NCBI GenBank assembly: GCA_947085315.1
Contig: CAMTVW010000010.1
Coordinates: 58,005-122,004, forward strand
Origin: an uncultured Sphingomonas sp.
Lineage (GTDB): Bacteria > Pseudomonadota > Alphaproteobacteria > Sphingomonadales > Sphingomonadaceae
Reading direction: 5' to 3'
Length of the DNA: 64,000 nucleotides
Shown here: piece after piece, positions 41,734 to 50,741 of the stretch
How positions within the stretch are numbered: the stretch's first letter is position 1
How the letters are laid out: each line of letters starts with the position of its first letter
Translations under genes and position numbers: made by a program
The notes under the pieces: model-generated
Seen by the model: only the letters and a program-made list of their open reading frames with translations
What the model was told of the DNA's origin: nothing
Database searches by the model: none

Positions 41734-42320
41734 CGATGATGATCCGCCCGCTTGCTGCCCTCGCCCTGTTGATCCCGCTGTCGGCCTGCCTGAGCTTCGG
41801 CGAAAAGCCGCCCAAGCAGCTGCTCACCCTCACCTCCGACGCGAAGGTCCCCGCCGGCCAGGCGAGGGTTACCCGCGACACCCAGGCGGTGAGCGTGGCA
41901 CTTCCCGCGCTGCCCGCGGCACTGCGCAACAACCGGATCGCGGTCCAGTCCGGGGCGAGCTTCGCCTATCTGCCCAAGGCGGCATGGGTCGACACCCCTT
42001 CACAGCTGTTCCGCGCGGTCCTCGCCGAGACGATCGAGGCGAAGACCGGACGCTTCGTCCCCGACCAGCGCAACGGCGCGATCACCCCCGACACGCGCCT
42101 CGGCGGCACGCTCAGCGCCTTTCAGCTGCTTGGCGGCCAGGGCCGGGTGCTGGTGATCTTCGACGCGACGATCGCGAAGAGCGGATCGGATGTGATCAAT
42201 ACCCGCCGCTTCGAAGCGACCGTGCCGGTCGCCGACGAGGACAGCGCGAGCGTGGCGGCCGCGCTCAATCAGGCGGCGAACGTCGTGGCCGGGGATGTGG
42301 CGAGCTGGGTGGGTAGTTAA
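41730..42320 (+). CDS. ABC transport auxiliary lipoprotein (PqiC-like)
   Basis: Lipobox LSAC, AAWVDTP; last gene of the mlaEFD operon. Confidence 0.82.
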   Translation: MTMMIRPLAALALLIPLSACLSFGEKPPKQLLTLTSDAKVPAGQARVTRDTQAVSVALPALPAALRNNRIAVQSGASFAYLPKAAWVDTPSQLFRAVLAETIEAKTGRFVPDQRNGAITPDTRLGGTLSAFQLLGGQGRVLVIFDATIAKSGSDVINTRRFEATVPVADEDSASVAAALNQAANVVAGDVASWVGS

Positions 42321-42321
42321 T

Positions 42322-42412
42322 CGTCGCCCCGGCGGAGGCCGGGGCCGCCATCGTCTCCAGCCTCGCCGTCACCACACAAGCTTTGGCGGCCCCGGCCTCC
42401 GCCGGGGCGACG
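42322..42412. repeat. Family A CGTC-tagged REPIN-like element, downstream flank of the GIY-YIG gene
   Basis: 29-bp arm CGTC-GCCCCGGC-GGAG-GCCGGGGC-CGCCA, 33-bp spacer, perfect inverted arm; 91 bp. Confidence 0.95.
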
Positions 42413-42413
42413 G

Positions 42414-42704
42414 TCAAGCGTTGATATCCTCGAACAGATCGCGCCATTCGGGATTGGTCTCTGCGATCAGGCGCAGCTTCCAGTCGCGTTTCCAGTTCTT
42501 GAGAGCTTTTTCGCGGATGATGGCTTCATCGATGGTGGCGTGCGGTTCGACGAGGACGCGACGCTTCAGTCCCCACTTCCTGCAGAAATCCGAGCCCCGT
42601 CCTTCGCGATGCGCAAAGATGCGCGCGGCGAGATCCGCCGTCACTCCGACATAGAGGATACCGAAGGGCCGATCGGTGAGGATGTAGGTCCAGCCCCCTT
42701 TCAT
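42414..42704 (-). CDS. Stand-alone GIY-YIG nuclease (96 aa, COG2827/UPF0213-like)
   Basis: WTYIL(Y7)...LYVGVT(Y18,G20), R28, H32, E65 and C-terminal KLRLIAETNPEWRDL; SD GGAAGG before the ATG at 42704. Confidence 0.9.
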   Translation of the reverse strand: MKGGWTYILTDRPFGILYVGVTADLAARIFAHREGRGSDFCRKWGLKRRVLVEPHATIDEAIIREKALKNWKRDWKLRLIAETNPEWRDLFEDINA

Positions 42705-42714
42705 CGCCCTTCCC

Positions 42715-42805
42715 CGTCGCCCCGGCGGAGGCCGGGGCCGCCATCGTCTCAAGTCTCGCCGTCGCCGCACTAGCTATGGCGGCCCCGGCCTCCGCCGGGG
42801 CGACG
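42715..42805. repeat. Family A CGTC-tagged REPIN-like element, upstream flank of the GIY-YIG gene
   Basis: Arms identical to 42322-42412, spacer 27/33 identical, same orientation; 91 bp. Confidence 0.95.
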
Positions 42806-42812
42806 GCTGTGG

Positions 42813-45410
42813 TTACGCCAGGCTCTTGCTCACCTGCTCGAACACGTCCTTCGACAGCCCGGGCGAATCGACCATGCGTTGCAGCTCGGCCTTCATCAGC
42901 GAAGCGCGCCCCTCGTCGAAGCGGCGCCAGCGGCCGAGCGGGGGGACAAGTTTCGCGGCGGTCTGCGGGTTGAGCGCGTCGACCTTGAGCAGCATGTCGG
43001 CCAGAAAGCGGTAACCGCGGCCGCTTGCCTCGTGGAAGATCAGCTGGTTGCCCGACATCGCGCCGACCACCGAGCGCAGCCGGTTCGGATTGCTCAGCGT
43101 GAAATCGGGATGGCGGACCAGCGCCTCGACCCGGTCGAGCGTGTCGGGGCGGATCGAGAAAGCCTGGGTCGAGAACCATTTGTCCATCACCAGGCCATTG
43201 TCGCGAAAGCGATCGTAAAATGCCGCGAGCGCCACGTCGCGCTCGGACGCCATGCTGTTGGCAAGGGTTCCGAACGCGCCCATGCGATCGGTCATATTGT
43301 CGGCGTCCATGAACTGCCTGAGCGCGATTTCTGGCGCGTCGGATGCGCCGCTCGCCATGATGAAGCCCAGCGCGATCGAGCGTAGCCGCCGCGCGCCCTT
43401 CGCCTGTGGCGACAGCTCGAAGCGATTCGCTTTGGTCCGCTCATAGGCGTCGCGCCATTCCTCCTCGAGCGCCTGGCCGAGATCGCGGCGCAGCGCCTCG
43501 CGCGCCTTGTGGATCGCGACCGGGTCGACCACCGGCATCTGATCGCCGATGAACCCTTCCGACGGCAGCAGCATCGTCTCACCGATGAAAGAGGCATCGA
43601 GCCTGCGATCGGTGAGCGCGTTGCGCGCCGCCTCGATCACCGGGCCATGATCGGCACGGCCGCTGTTGACCGTGCCGACCAGCGTATCGACCATCAGCTG
43701 CTGCATCGCCTCGTACCGCGCGAAGGGGTCGTCGTCATGTGCCGAGAGGAAGGCAAGATCGGCGGCCGAGCGGTCCGAATCGATCGTCACCGGCGCCGAG
43801 AAGCCGCGATTGATCGAGAGCACCGGCCGTTCGGCGATCCCCTCATACATGATCTCACAGCGTTCGCTGTCGAGCAGCACCAGCCGCTCGCTTTCGAACG
43901 GCCGGGCCGAAAGCTCGCCGAACAGCGAGATTTTGAGCGGGATCAGCATCGGCTGCTTGTCGGGCTGGCCCGGTGTCGGCGGCACCGTCTGCTCGAGCGT
44001 CAGCAGCGCGCGCCCGCCGGCGGGCTCGTGGCTGAGCGTTGCGCGGACCCTCGGGGTGCCGGCCTGGCTATACCAGAGACGGAATTGCGACAGGTCGATC
44101 CCGCCGCCCTCCTCCATCGCCAGCACGAAATCCTCACAGGTCGCCGCAGTCCCGTCATGGCGTGCGAAATAGAGATCGCACCCGGCGCGAAAGCGCTGCG
44201 GCCCCATCATGGTGTGGAGCATGCGGACGATCTCCGCGCCCTTGTTATAGACCGTCGCGGTGTAGAAGTTGGAGACTTCGATATAGGATTCGGGGCGGAT
44301 CGGGTGGGCTAGCGGCCCGGCATCCTCTGGGAATTGCGCCGCGCGCAGCAGGCGCACATCCTCGATCCGCTTGACCGCCGCCGAGCCCTGGTCGGCGGTG
44401 AAGCACTGGTCACGGAAGACGGTGAAGCCCTCCTTCAGCGAAAGCTGGAACCAGTCGCGACAGGTGACGCGGTTGCCCGACCAGTTGTGGAAATACTCAT
44501 GCGCGACCACACCCGACACGCCGTCATAGTCGATGTCGGTAGCGGTGTCGGGATCAGCCAGAATATAACGCGAATTGAAGATGTTGAGGCTTTTATTCTC
44601 CATCGCGCCAAAGTTGAAATCGCTGACCGCGACGATGTGATATTCGCCCAGATCATATTCGAGGCCGTAAACCTTTTCGTCCCACGCCATCGAGGCCTTG
44701 AGCGCCGCCATCGCATGGCCGGTCTTGGGCAGGTCCGCCTCGACCACCCAGATCGCCAGCTTGACCGCCTTGCCGCTGCGCGTGGTGAAGTGATCGATAT
44801 TGGCCGACAGGTCGGCCGCGACGAGCGCGAACAGATAGCTTGGCTTGGGGAAGGGATCGGTCCATTCGGCGAAGTGGCGGCCGTCCTTCAGATCGCCGCT
44901 GTCGGTCATGTCGCCGTTCGACAGCAGCACCGGGAAGCGCGCCTTGTCGGCGTCGATCCATACGACATAGCGGCTCAGCACGTCGGGCCGGTCGAGGAAG
45001 AAGGTCATCCGGCGGAAGCCTTCTGGCTCGCACTGGGTGCACAGATTCCCGCCCGAGGCATAGAGGCCCATCAGCTGCGAATTGGCCTCGGGGCTGATTT
45101 CGACCTGGGTTTCGATGCGATGCGCGTCACCGGGCAGGTCGATGACGAGATCCGGTCCGTCCATCCGCCAGCCATCGGCCTGCGCTTCGCCGTCGATCAG
45201 CACGCTCAGCGGAGCCAGTCCGTCGCCGTGGAGGCGCAGCGGCCGGTTGTGGACGCCGTTGCGGGTGACGTCGAGCCGGCCGGTCACCCGGGTGAGCTTC
45301 GGGTCGAGCGAGAAGGCGAGATGGACATCGGGCATCAGCCAGTCGGGCTTGCGATATTCCTCGCGGCGGATGACGGGCGGATTGGCGGCGGCGGATTGAA
45401 CGTCGAGCAT
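42813..45410 (-). CDS. pepN: Aminopeptidase N
   Basis: CTQCEPEGFRR, GAMENK, HEYFHNWSGNRVTCRDWFQLSLKEG and NPNRLRS motifs. Confidence 0.97.
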   Translation of the reverse strand: MLDVQSAAANPPVIRREEYRKPDWLMPDVHLAFSLDPKLTRVTGRLDVTRNGVHNRPLRLHGDGLAPLSVLIDGEAQADGWRMDGPDLVIDLPGDAHRIETQVEISPEANSQLMGLYASGGNLCTQCEPEGFRRMTFFLDRPDVLSRYVVWIDADKARFPVLLSNGDMTDSGDLKDGRHFAEWTDPFPKPSYLFALVAADLSANIDHFTTRSGKAVKLAIWVVEADLPKTGHAMAALKASMAWDEKVYGLEYDLGEYHIVAVSDFNFGAMENKSLNIFNSRYILADPDTATDIDYDGVSGVVAHEYFHNWSGNRVTCRDWFQLSLKEGFTVFRDQCFTADQGSAAVKRIEDVRLLRAAQFPEDAGPLAHPIRPESYIEVSNFYTATVYNKGAEIVRMLHTMMGPQRFRAGCDLYFARHDGTAATCEDFVLAMEEGGGIDLSQFRLWYSQAGTPRVRATLSHEPAGGRALLTLEQTVPPTPGQPDKQPMLIPLKISLFGELSARPFESERLVLLDSERCEIMYEGIAERPVLSINRGFSAPVTIDSDRSAADLAFLSAHDDDPFARYEAMQQLMVDTLVGTVNSGRADHGPVIEAARNALTDRRLDASFIGETMLLPSEGFIGDQMPVVDPVAIHKAREALRRDLGQALEEEWRDAYERTKANRFELSPQAKGARRLRSIALGFIMASGASDAPEIALRQFMDADNMTDRMGAFGTLANSMASERDVALAAFYDRFRDNGLVMDKWFSTQAFSIRPDTLDRVEALVRHPDFTLSNPNRLRSVVGAMSGNQLIFHEASGRGYRFLADMLLKVDALNPQTAAKLVPPLGRWRRFDEGRASLMKAELQRMVDSPGLSKDVFEQVSKSLA

Positions 45411-45483
45411 GGCCTCGGCTGGTCCTCTCGCAGGTGACAAACAATTGCTGGCGGCGGCGGCGGAGCGGGCTAAACCCCCTCTC

Positions 45484-46266
45484 ATGGCAAGGCTATTGAT
45501 CTTCGGCCCCGGCTACGCAGCATCGCACATCGCGGCGGCCTTGCAAGCCACTGAATTCATCGTCGAAACGATTGATCGTGCGAGCTTTGCGGACAACGCC
45601 CGCGTTATCGCCGCGATCGCAGGCGCCAGCCATATCCTCTCCTCGGTCCCGCCCGAGCAGGACGCCGATGCCGTGCTCGACGCCTATGGCGCCACGCTCG
45701 CCGGCTGCGGCGCGGGGTGGATCGGCTATCTCTCGTCGACCGGGGTTTACGGCGATACCGGCGGCGCCTGGGTCGATGAGGGTGCGCCGATCGGCACCGG
45801 GCGGCGAACCGCGCGCGCCGCCGCCGACCGCGCCTGGGCGGCGCTCCACCGCGAAGTCCGGATCTTCCGCCTGCCCGGCATTTACGGCCCCGGCCGCTCG
45901 CCGCTCGATAGGGTCAGGCGCGGTCAGGCGCACCGCATCGACCTGCCCGGACAGGTGTTCAGCAGGGTTCATGTCGACGATATCGCGAGCGGGGTGATCG
46001 CCAGCATGCGGTGCGGGCCACCGGGTACCTATAACCTCGCCGACGACCGACCCGCGAGCCAGAACAGCGTGATCGAAGCGGCGTGCGAACTGCTCGGCGT
46101 GGCGCCGCCGCCGCTGAGGTCGCTGGAGGACACAGCCCTCTCCCCCGCCGCCCGCGCCTTCTATGCCGAGAACCGCAGGGTCGCGAACGGCAGGGCGAAG
46201 CGGCTGCTGGGCTGGGCGCCGCGATACCCCGACTATCGGGCGGGGCTAAGAGGGCTGCTCGCATAA
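45484..46266 (+). CDS. Atypical SDR / NAD-dependent epimerase
   Basis: IFGPGY, YLSSTGVYGD, RLPGIYGPGR and SRVHVDDI motifs. Confidence 0.87.
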   Translation: MARLLIFGPGYAASHIAAALQATEFIVETIDRASFADNARVIAAIAGASHILSSVPPEQDADAVLDAYGATLAGCGAGWIGYLSSTGVYGDTGGAWVDEGAPIGTGRRTARAAADRAWAALHREVRIFRLPGIYGPGRSPLDRVRRGQAHRIDLPGQVFSRVHVDDIASGVIASMRCGPPGTYNLADDRPASQNSVIEAACELLGVAPPPLRSLEDTALSPAARAFYAENRRVANGRAKRLLGWAPRYPDYRAGLRGLLA

Positions 46267-46267
46267 C

Positions 46268-46358
46268 CGTCGCCCCGGCGGAGGCCGGGGCCGCCATCGC
46301 TTGTGCGGCGACGTTGATGCGGGAAACGATGGCGGCCCCGGCCTCCGCCGGGGCGACG
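46268..46358. repeat. Family A element, solo copy in opposite spacer orientation
   Basis: Identical 29-bp arms; reverse-complemented 33-bp spacer matches the 42322 spacer at 24/33; 91 bp. Confidence 0.95.
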
Positions 46359-46375
46359 ATCAATTCTGGCTCGGA

Positions 46376-47380
46376 TCAGAGCGCCGCTATCGCCTTCGCG
46401 AGCGCCTCGACCTCGTCCGCCGGCTGGTCCCAGCTGCACACGAGCCGCGCCACCCCCGGCGTCCAGTCATAAAACACAAAGCCCTGCCGCCGCAGCGCCA
46501 CCGCCTCGGCGGGGGTCAGCCGCAGGAAAATCTCGTTCGCCTCGACCGCATGAAGCAGCCGCGCCTGCGCCGCATTGGCGATATGCGCGGCGGCGGCATT
46601 GGCCGCATGGGCGTTGCGCAGCCATAACCCGTCCTCGATCAGCGCGAGGATCTGCGCGGCGGCGAAGCGGCCCTTGGAAAGCAGATGCCCGGCGCGCTTG
46701 CGGCGGTAGCGGGTCGCCGCCGCCAGTTCGGGGCGGAAGAAGATCAGCGCCTCGGCCGACATCCCGCCATTTTTGACGCAGCCGAAGCTCAGTATGTCGA
46801 CCCCGGCCTTCCACGTCAGGTCGGCGGGCGAGCAGCCGAGCGTCGCGACCGCATTGGCGAAACGCGCGCCGTCCATATGGAGGCCCAGGCCGCGCGCATT
46901 CGCCAGCGCGCCGATCGCGGCGACCTCGTCGGGGCTATGGACCAGCCCATATTCGGTTGCCTGGGTGATCGAGATCGCCGCCGGCTGGGCGTGGTGGACA
47001 TCGCCCGCGCGGATCGTCGCCAGCACCTGTTCGATGGCGTCGGGATCAAGCTTGCCGCCCGTTCCACGCGCCAGCAGCAGCTTGGCGCCACCGGTGTAGA
47101 ATTCGGGTGCGCCGCATTCATCGACCTGGACATGCGCCTCTTCATGGCAGACCAGCGCCTGGTGCGGCTGGACCATCGCGGCGAGCGCAAGCGCGTTGGC
47201 GGCGGTTCCGCTCGACACCCACAATGCGGCCACCTCGGTCCCGAACAGCGCGGAAAAGGTGCCGTCGAGCCGCCGGCTCAGCGCATCGCCGTCATAGGCG
47301 GTATCGGGCGCATTGGCCCGGGCGAGGGCGGCCATAACCTCGGGGCAGACGCTGGCGGCATTATCGGAGACGAAGCGCAT
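46376..47380 (-). CDS. ltaE: Low-specificity L-threonine aldolase
   Basis: FVSDN, AYDGD, SGTAANAL, LHMDGARFANA and SFGCVKNG PLP lysine. Confidence 0.9.
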   Translation of the reverse strand: MRFVSDNAASVCPEVMAALARANAPDTAYDGDALSRRLDGTFSALFGTEVAALWVSSGTAANALALAAMVQPHQALVCHEEAHVQVDECGAPEFYTGGAKLLLARGTGGKLDPDAIEQVLATIRAGDVHHAQPAAISITQATEYGLVHSPDEVAAIGALANARGLGLHMDGARFANAVATLGCSPADLTWKAGVDILSFGCVKNGGMSAEALIFFRPELAAATRYRRKRAGHLLSKGRFAAAQILALIEDGLWLRNAHAANAAAAHIANAAQARLLHAVEANEIFLRLTPAEAVALRRQGFVFYDWTPGVARLVCSWDQPADEVEALAKAIAAL

Positions 47381-47946
47381 CAGGGCTGGCCGACCGGATT
47401 GGCCGGATCCTCGGGACAGCGATGGCGAACGAGCCGCTCGATCGTCAGCTCCTTGCCTGACGGCGACAGCTCCATCCTGATCGTCCGGCCATATGTCTGT
47501 CCCTCTCCGGTGAAGGCCGCAGCCAGGGTGACGATGCGGTCATTCTGCCGTCGTACCGCGCTGACATCGCCGCTGCTTTCGTGGAACTGCAGCCAGTCGG
47601 AACCGACGACCAGCCGGGTCTCGCCCCGCCCGCTACCGCACAGCGCCCGAGCGCCGTTCCATTCGCCCCGGAAGGCGGCAGGAATGGCGGGCCCCGCGAC
47701 GGGCGCCGTGGCGGGCGCTGCAGCGTGTTCGGTCGCGGGTTCGGTCGCGGGTTCGGCGGCAGGCGCGATCGACCCCGCATCGGTCGAAGCGACATCCATC
47801 GAGGGCTGGACGGCCGGCGCGAGCGGATCGACCTTCGCGACGGGCGGCGGCGTCTTGTGCTCGCCGCCGCCCGGCATGAACCGCATGCCCACCACGATGG
47901 CGGCCAGGCCGATGATCAGGAACAACAGGACACGCGTCATCATCAC
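47380..47946 (-). CDS. Hypothetical membrane-anchored protein with Pro/Ala linker and small C-terminal domain
   Basis: N-terminal TM helix, IPAAFRGEW...C, FHESSG, GEG, RC; SD GGAGG. Confidence 0.72.
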   Translation of the reverse strand: MMMTRVLLFLIIGLAAIVVGMRFMPGGGEHKTPPPVAKVDPLAPAVQPSMDVASTDAGSIAPAAEPATEPATEHAAAPATAPVAGPAIPAAFRGEWNGARALCGSGRGETRLVVGSDWLQFHESSGDVSAVRRQNDRIVTLAAAFTGEGQTYGRTIRMELSPSGKELTIERLVRHRCPEDPANPVGQP

Positions 47947-48025
47947 CTCCCGCCGCCACGCGCGGCGCGACGCAGGTGTATCACATCCTCGCGCGCGCCA
48001 AGCGTCAATAGCGGGACAAGCGTTC

Positions 48026-48051
48026 CCGGATGTAGCGCCCGCTACATCCGG
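48026..48051. promoter_or_regulatory. Perfect palindrome CCGGATGTAGCG-CC-CGCTACATCCGG between divergent genes, probable operator
   Basis: 12-2-12 inverted repeat whose core TGTAGCG-CC-CGCTACA matches the site at 3890. Confidence 0.6.
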
Positions 48052-48075
48052 AACATCGGCGTAACATCGAGGGTT
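48050..48075 (+). promoter_or_regulatory. Putative EcfG/SigT general-stress promoter
   Basis: GGAAC-N17-GGTT, 33 bp upstream of the ATG at 48109. Confidence 0.5.
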
Positions 48076-48108
48076 AGGCCTGTCCTGTCAGGAGAGGAAT
48101 TCCCGCCC

Positions 48109-48357
48109 ATGCTGGTCACGGCGCTGCAATATTATGGCGCGGCGGCGGGCGCGTTCGCCGCGCTGCTCGTCTCGCTCGATCTCGGCCGTCGCTGGACCGG
48201 CTTCGCGTTCGTCATCTTCGTGACCTCGTCGATCGCGCTGATCGGCTGGGGCTTCCTGAAACAGGATGCCGAAGGGATCGGCTGGCAGAACATCGTCCTG
48301 CTCGCGATCAACCTGATCGGCGTGTACCGCTACCTGATCCGCAAGAAGGCGCCTTAA
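48109..48357 (+). CDS. Small membrane protein (82 aa)
   Basis: MLVTALQYYG...DLGRRWTGFAF...QNIVLLAINLIGVYRYL, three hydrophobic segments; SD GGAGAGG. Confidence 0.78.
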   Translation: MLVTALQYYGAAAGAFAALLVSLDLGRRWTGFAFVIFVTSSIALIGWGFLKQDAEGIGWQNIVLLAINLIGVYRYLIRKKAP

Positions 48358-48376
48358 CCGCCCTCCGGGGGGGGGT

Positions 48377-48413
48377 AAAAAAAGGCCCGCCCGGATCGCT
48401 CCGGACGGGCCTT
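48377..48413 (-). terminator. Intrinsic terminator of hppA
   Basis: A7 followed by GGCCCGCCCGGA-tcgc-TCCGGACGGGCC (GC hairpin plus U-tract on the minus strand). Confidence 0.75.
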
Positions 48414-48434
48414 CAGGCTCAATGATCGTTCTGG

Positions 48435-50528
48435 TCACATCGCGTGGGCGAGGGCTGCCAGCAGCAGCAGCGCCACGATGTTGGCGATCTTGATCATCGG
48501 GTTCACCGCGGGGCCCGCGGTGTCCTTGTACGGATCGCCGACGGTGTCGCCGGTCACGGCCGCCTTATGGGCATCCGATCCCTTGCCGCCATGATTGCCG
48601 TCTTCGATATATTTCTTGGCATTGTCCCATGCGCCGCCGCCCGAAGTCATCGAGATGGCGACGAACAGGCCCGACACGATCACGCCCAGCAGCAGCGCAC
48701 CCAGCGCCGCGAAGCCCTGTGCCTGTCCCGCGACCGCCGTGATCAGGAAGTAGACCACGATCGGCGCGAGCACCGGCAGCAGCGAGGGGATGATCATTTC
48801 CTTGATCGCCGCCTTGGTGACGAGATCGACGGTGCGGGCATAGTTGGGCCGGCTGGTGCCGGCCATGATGCCCGGATTGTCGCGGAACTGCGCCCGCACG
48901 TCCTCGACAACCTCGCCGGCGGCCCGACCGACCGCCGTCATGCCGAACGCCCCGAAAATATAGGGCAGCAGCGCGCCGATCAGCAGACCGACGATGACAT
49001 AGGGGTTGGACAGGCCGAAATCGACCACCAGATCGGGGAAGTAGAGGCCCAGATCGGCGGTGTAGGCGCCGAACAGCACCAGTGCCGCAAGCGCGGCCGA
49101 ACCGATCGCATAGCCCTTGGTCACTGCCTTGGTGGTATTGCCGACCGCGTCGAGCGCATCGGTACGCACGCGAACGCTTTCGTCCATCCCGGCCATTTCG
49201 GCGATGCCGCCGGCATTGTCGGTGACGGGACCATAAGCGTCGAGCGCCACGACCATGCCGCCCAGTGCCAGCATCGCGGTCGCGCCGAAGGCGAGGCCGA
49301 GGATGCCCGCGAGCTGATAGGCCGCGACCACCGCGACGACGATCGCGATCGTCGGAAGCGCGGTGGATTCGAGGCTGATCGCAAGACCCTGGATCACATT
49401 GGTGCCATGGCCGGTTTCAGACGCCTTGGCGATCGACTTGACCGGGCGATAATTGGTGCCGGTGTAATATTCGGTGATCCACACCAGCGCACCGGTGAGG
49501 GCCAGACCGATGCACATGCACCAGAAGATATCCATGCCGGTGAAGCTGGCACCCGCGACCGCCATGTTCATGTCGCCCAGCGTATATTGGGTGACCGCGT
49601 AGATCGCCGGGACGGCGAGGATCGCCGAGGTCCAGAAACCCTTGTACAGCGCGCCCATGATCGACTGGCTCGCGCCGAGGCGGACCATATAGGTGCCGAT
49701 GATCGAGGTGAGGATGCACACGCCGCCGACGATCAGCGGCAGCGACATCAGACGCAGAACCTCATCGGCGCTGCCCGTCGCGAAATGCGCGATCGAAATC
49801 ATCGTCACGCCGAGCGTCACGACATAGGTCTCGAACAGATCGGCCGCCATGCCCGCGCAATCGCCGACATTGTCGCCGACATTGTCCGCGATCGTGGCGG
49901 GGTTGCGGGGGTCGTCCTCGGGAATGCCCGCCTCGACCTTGCCGACCAGATCGGCGCCGACGTCGGCCGCCTTGGTGAAGATCCCGCCGCCGAGACGCGC
50001 GAAGATCGAGATCAGCGAGGCGCCGAAGGCAAGCGCGACAAGCGCTTCGACCACGACCGGCGCATTGGCCGCATTGCCCGCGAAACCGACCAGATAATAG
50101 AAGAACAGCGAGATCGCGAGCAGGCCAAGGCCGACCACGAGCATGCCGGTGATCGCGCCGGCGCGGAACGCCAGGGTCAGGCCGCTCTGCAGGCTGGTGC
50201 GTGCCGCCTCTGCGGTCCGCACATTGGCCTTCACCGATACGTTCATGCCGACGAAACCGGTCGCGCCCGACAGGACCGCGCCGATGACGAAGCCGACCGC
50301 CGACATCGTGCCGAGGAAATAGGCGATCAGCACCGCCATGACGACGCCGACGATCGCGATCGTGCGATATTGACGGCCCAGATAGGCGCGAGCGCCTTCC
50401 TGGATCGCGGCCGCGATATCCTGCATCTTTTCATTGCCGGGCGACGCTGCCAGCACCTGACGGCTGGTGATCAGCCCGTATAATATGGCGATCAGGCCGC
50501 AGCCGATCGCAACTTGTATGATGAGCAT
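48435..50528 (-). CDS. hppA: Membrane-bound ion-translocating pyrophosphatase, K+-independent H+-PPase type
   Basis: [35 protein letters not shown] (Lys determinant) and [11 protein letters not shown]. Confidence 0.95.
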   Translation of the reverse strand: MLIIQVAIGCGLIAILYGLITSRQVLAASPGNEKMQDIAAAIQEGARAYLGRQYRTIAIVGVVMAVLIAYFLGTMSAVGFVIGAVLSGATGFVGMNVSVKANVRTAEAARTSLQSGLTLAFRAGAITGMLVVGLGLLAISLFFYYLVGFAGNAANAPVVVEALVALAFGASLISIFARLGGGIFTKAADVGADLVGKVEAGIPEDDPRNPATIADNVGDNVGDCAGMAADLFETYVVTLGVTMISIAHFATGSADEVLRLMSLPLIVGGVCILTSIIGTYMVRLGASQSIMGALYKGFWTSAILAVPAIYAVTQYTLGDMNMAVAGASFTGMDIFWCMCIGLALTGALVWITEYYTGTNYRPVKSIAKASETGHGTNVIQGLAISLESTALPTIAIVVAVVAAYQLAGILGLAFGATAMLALGGMVVALDAYGPVTDNAGGIAEMAGMDESVRVRTDALDAVGNTTKAVTKGYAIGSAALAALVLFGAYTADLGLYFPDLVVDFGLSNPYVIVGLLIGALLPYIFGAFGMTAVGRAAGEVVEDVRAQFRDNPGIMAGTSRPNYARTVDLVTKAAIKEMIIPSLLPVLAPIVVYFLITAVAGQAQGFAALGALLLGVIVSGLFVAISMTSGGGAWDNAKKYIEDGNHGGKGSDAHKAAVTGDTVGDPYKDTAGPAVNPMIKIANIVALLLLAALAHAM

Positions 50529-50741
50529 CCTAACTCCCTTCGCTCGTCGGCGCGCCAATCCTTCGGGACCGTGCGCTCCAGCCATGAGGAAGTGACATCC
50601 GGTCCGGCAGCTTCCCCCAACCGCGCCCGACGCCACCCCAAGAAGCGTCGAGGCCGAGCTTTTCCGCCCTTTTTGTCCCCCGACACGTGGCGGCATTGTA
50701 TGTCTGGGTTGCGAGCCTGCCGCAAGTGCCCGTTTTCGGAG

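Larger units (their letters stand above)
42322..42805 (-). mobile_element. Putative REPIN-GIY-YIG-REPIN cassette (484 bp)
   Basis: Nuclease gene bracketed by direct repeats of a dispersed element, between convergent housekeeping genes; mobility is inferred, not shown. Confidence 0.55.

Noticed and set aside
42414-42770. 118-aa version of the GIY-YIG ORF, and similar N-terminal extensions of gcvPA, the rluB-like gene, hisA, trpF and folC
   Set aside because: The extensions are translations of repeat elements (e.g. [30 protein letters not shown]); better starts exist downstream.
42322-42805. CRISPR mini-array (about 29-bp palindromic repeats with 33-bp spacers next to a nuclease)
   Set aside because: Arms are inverted rather than tandem direct repeats, spacers are homologous to each other, copies are dispersed, and there are no cas genes.
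42322-42805. Classical IS or MITE with a DDE or HUH transposase
   Set aside because: The enclosed ORF has GIY-YIG motifs, not DDE or HUH/Y1 motifs, and I could not see a target-site duplication.
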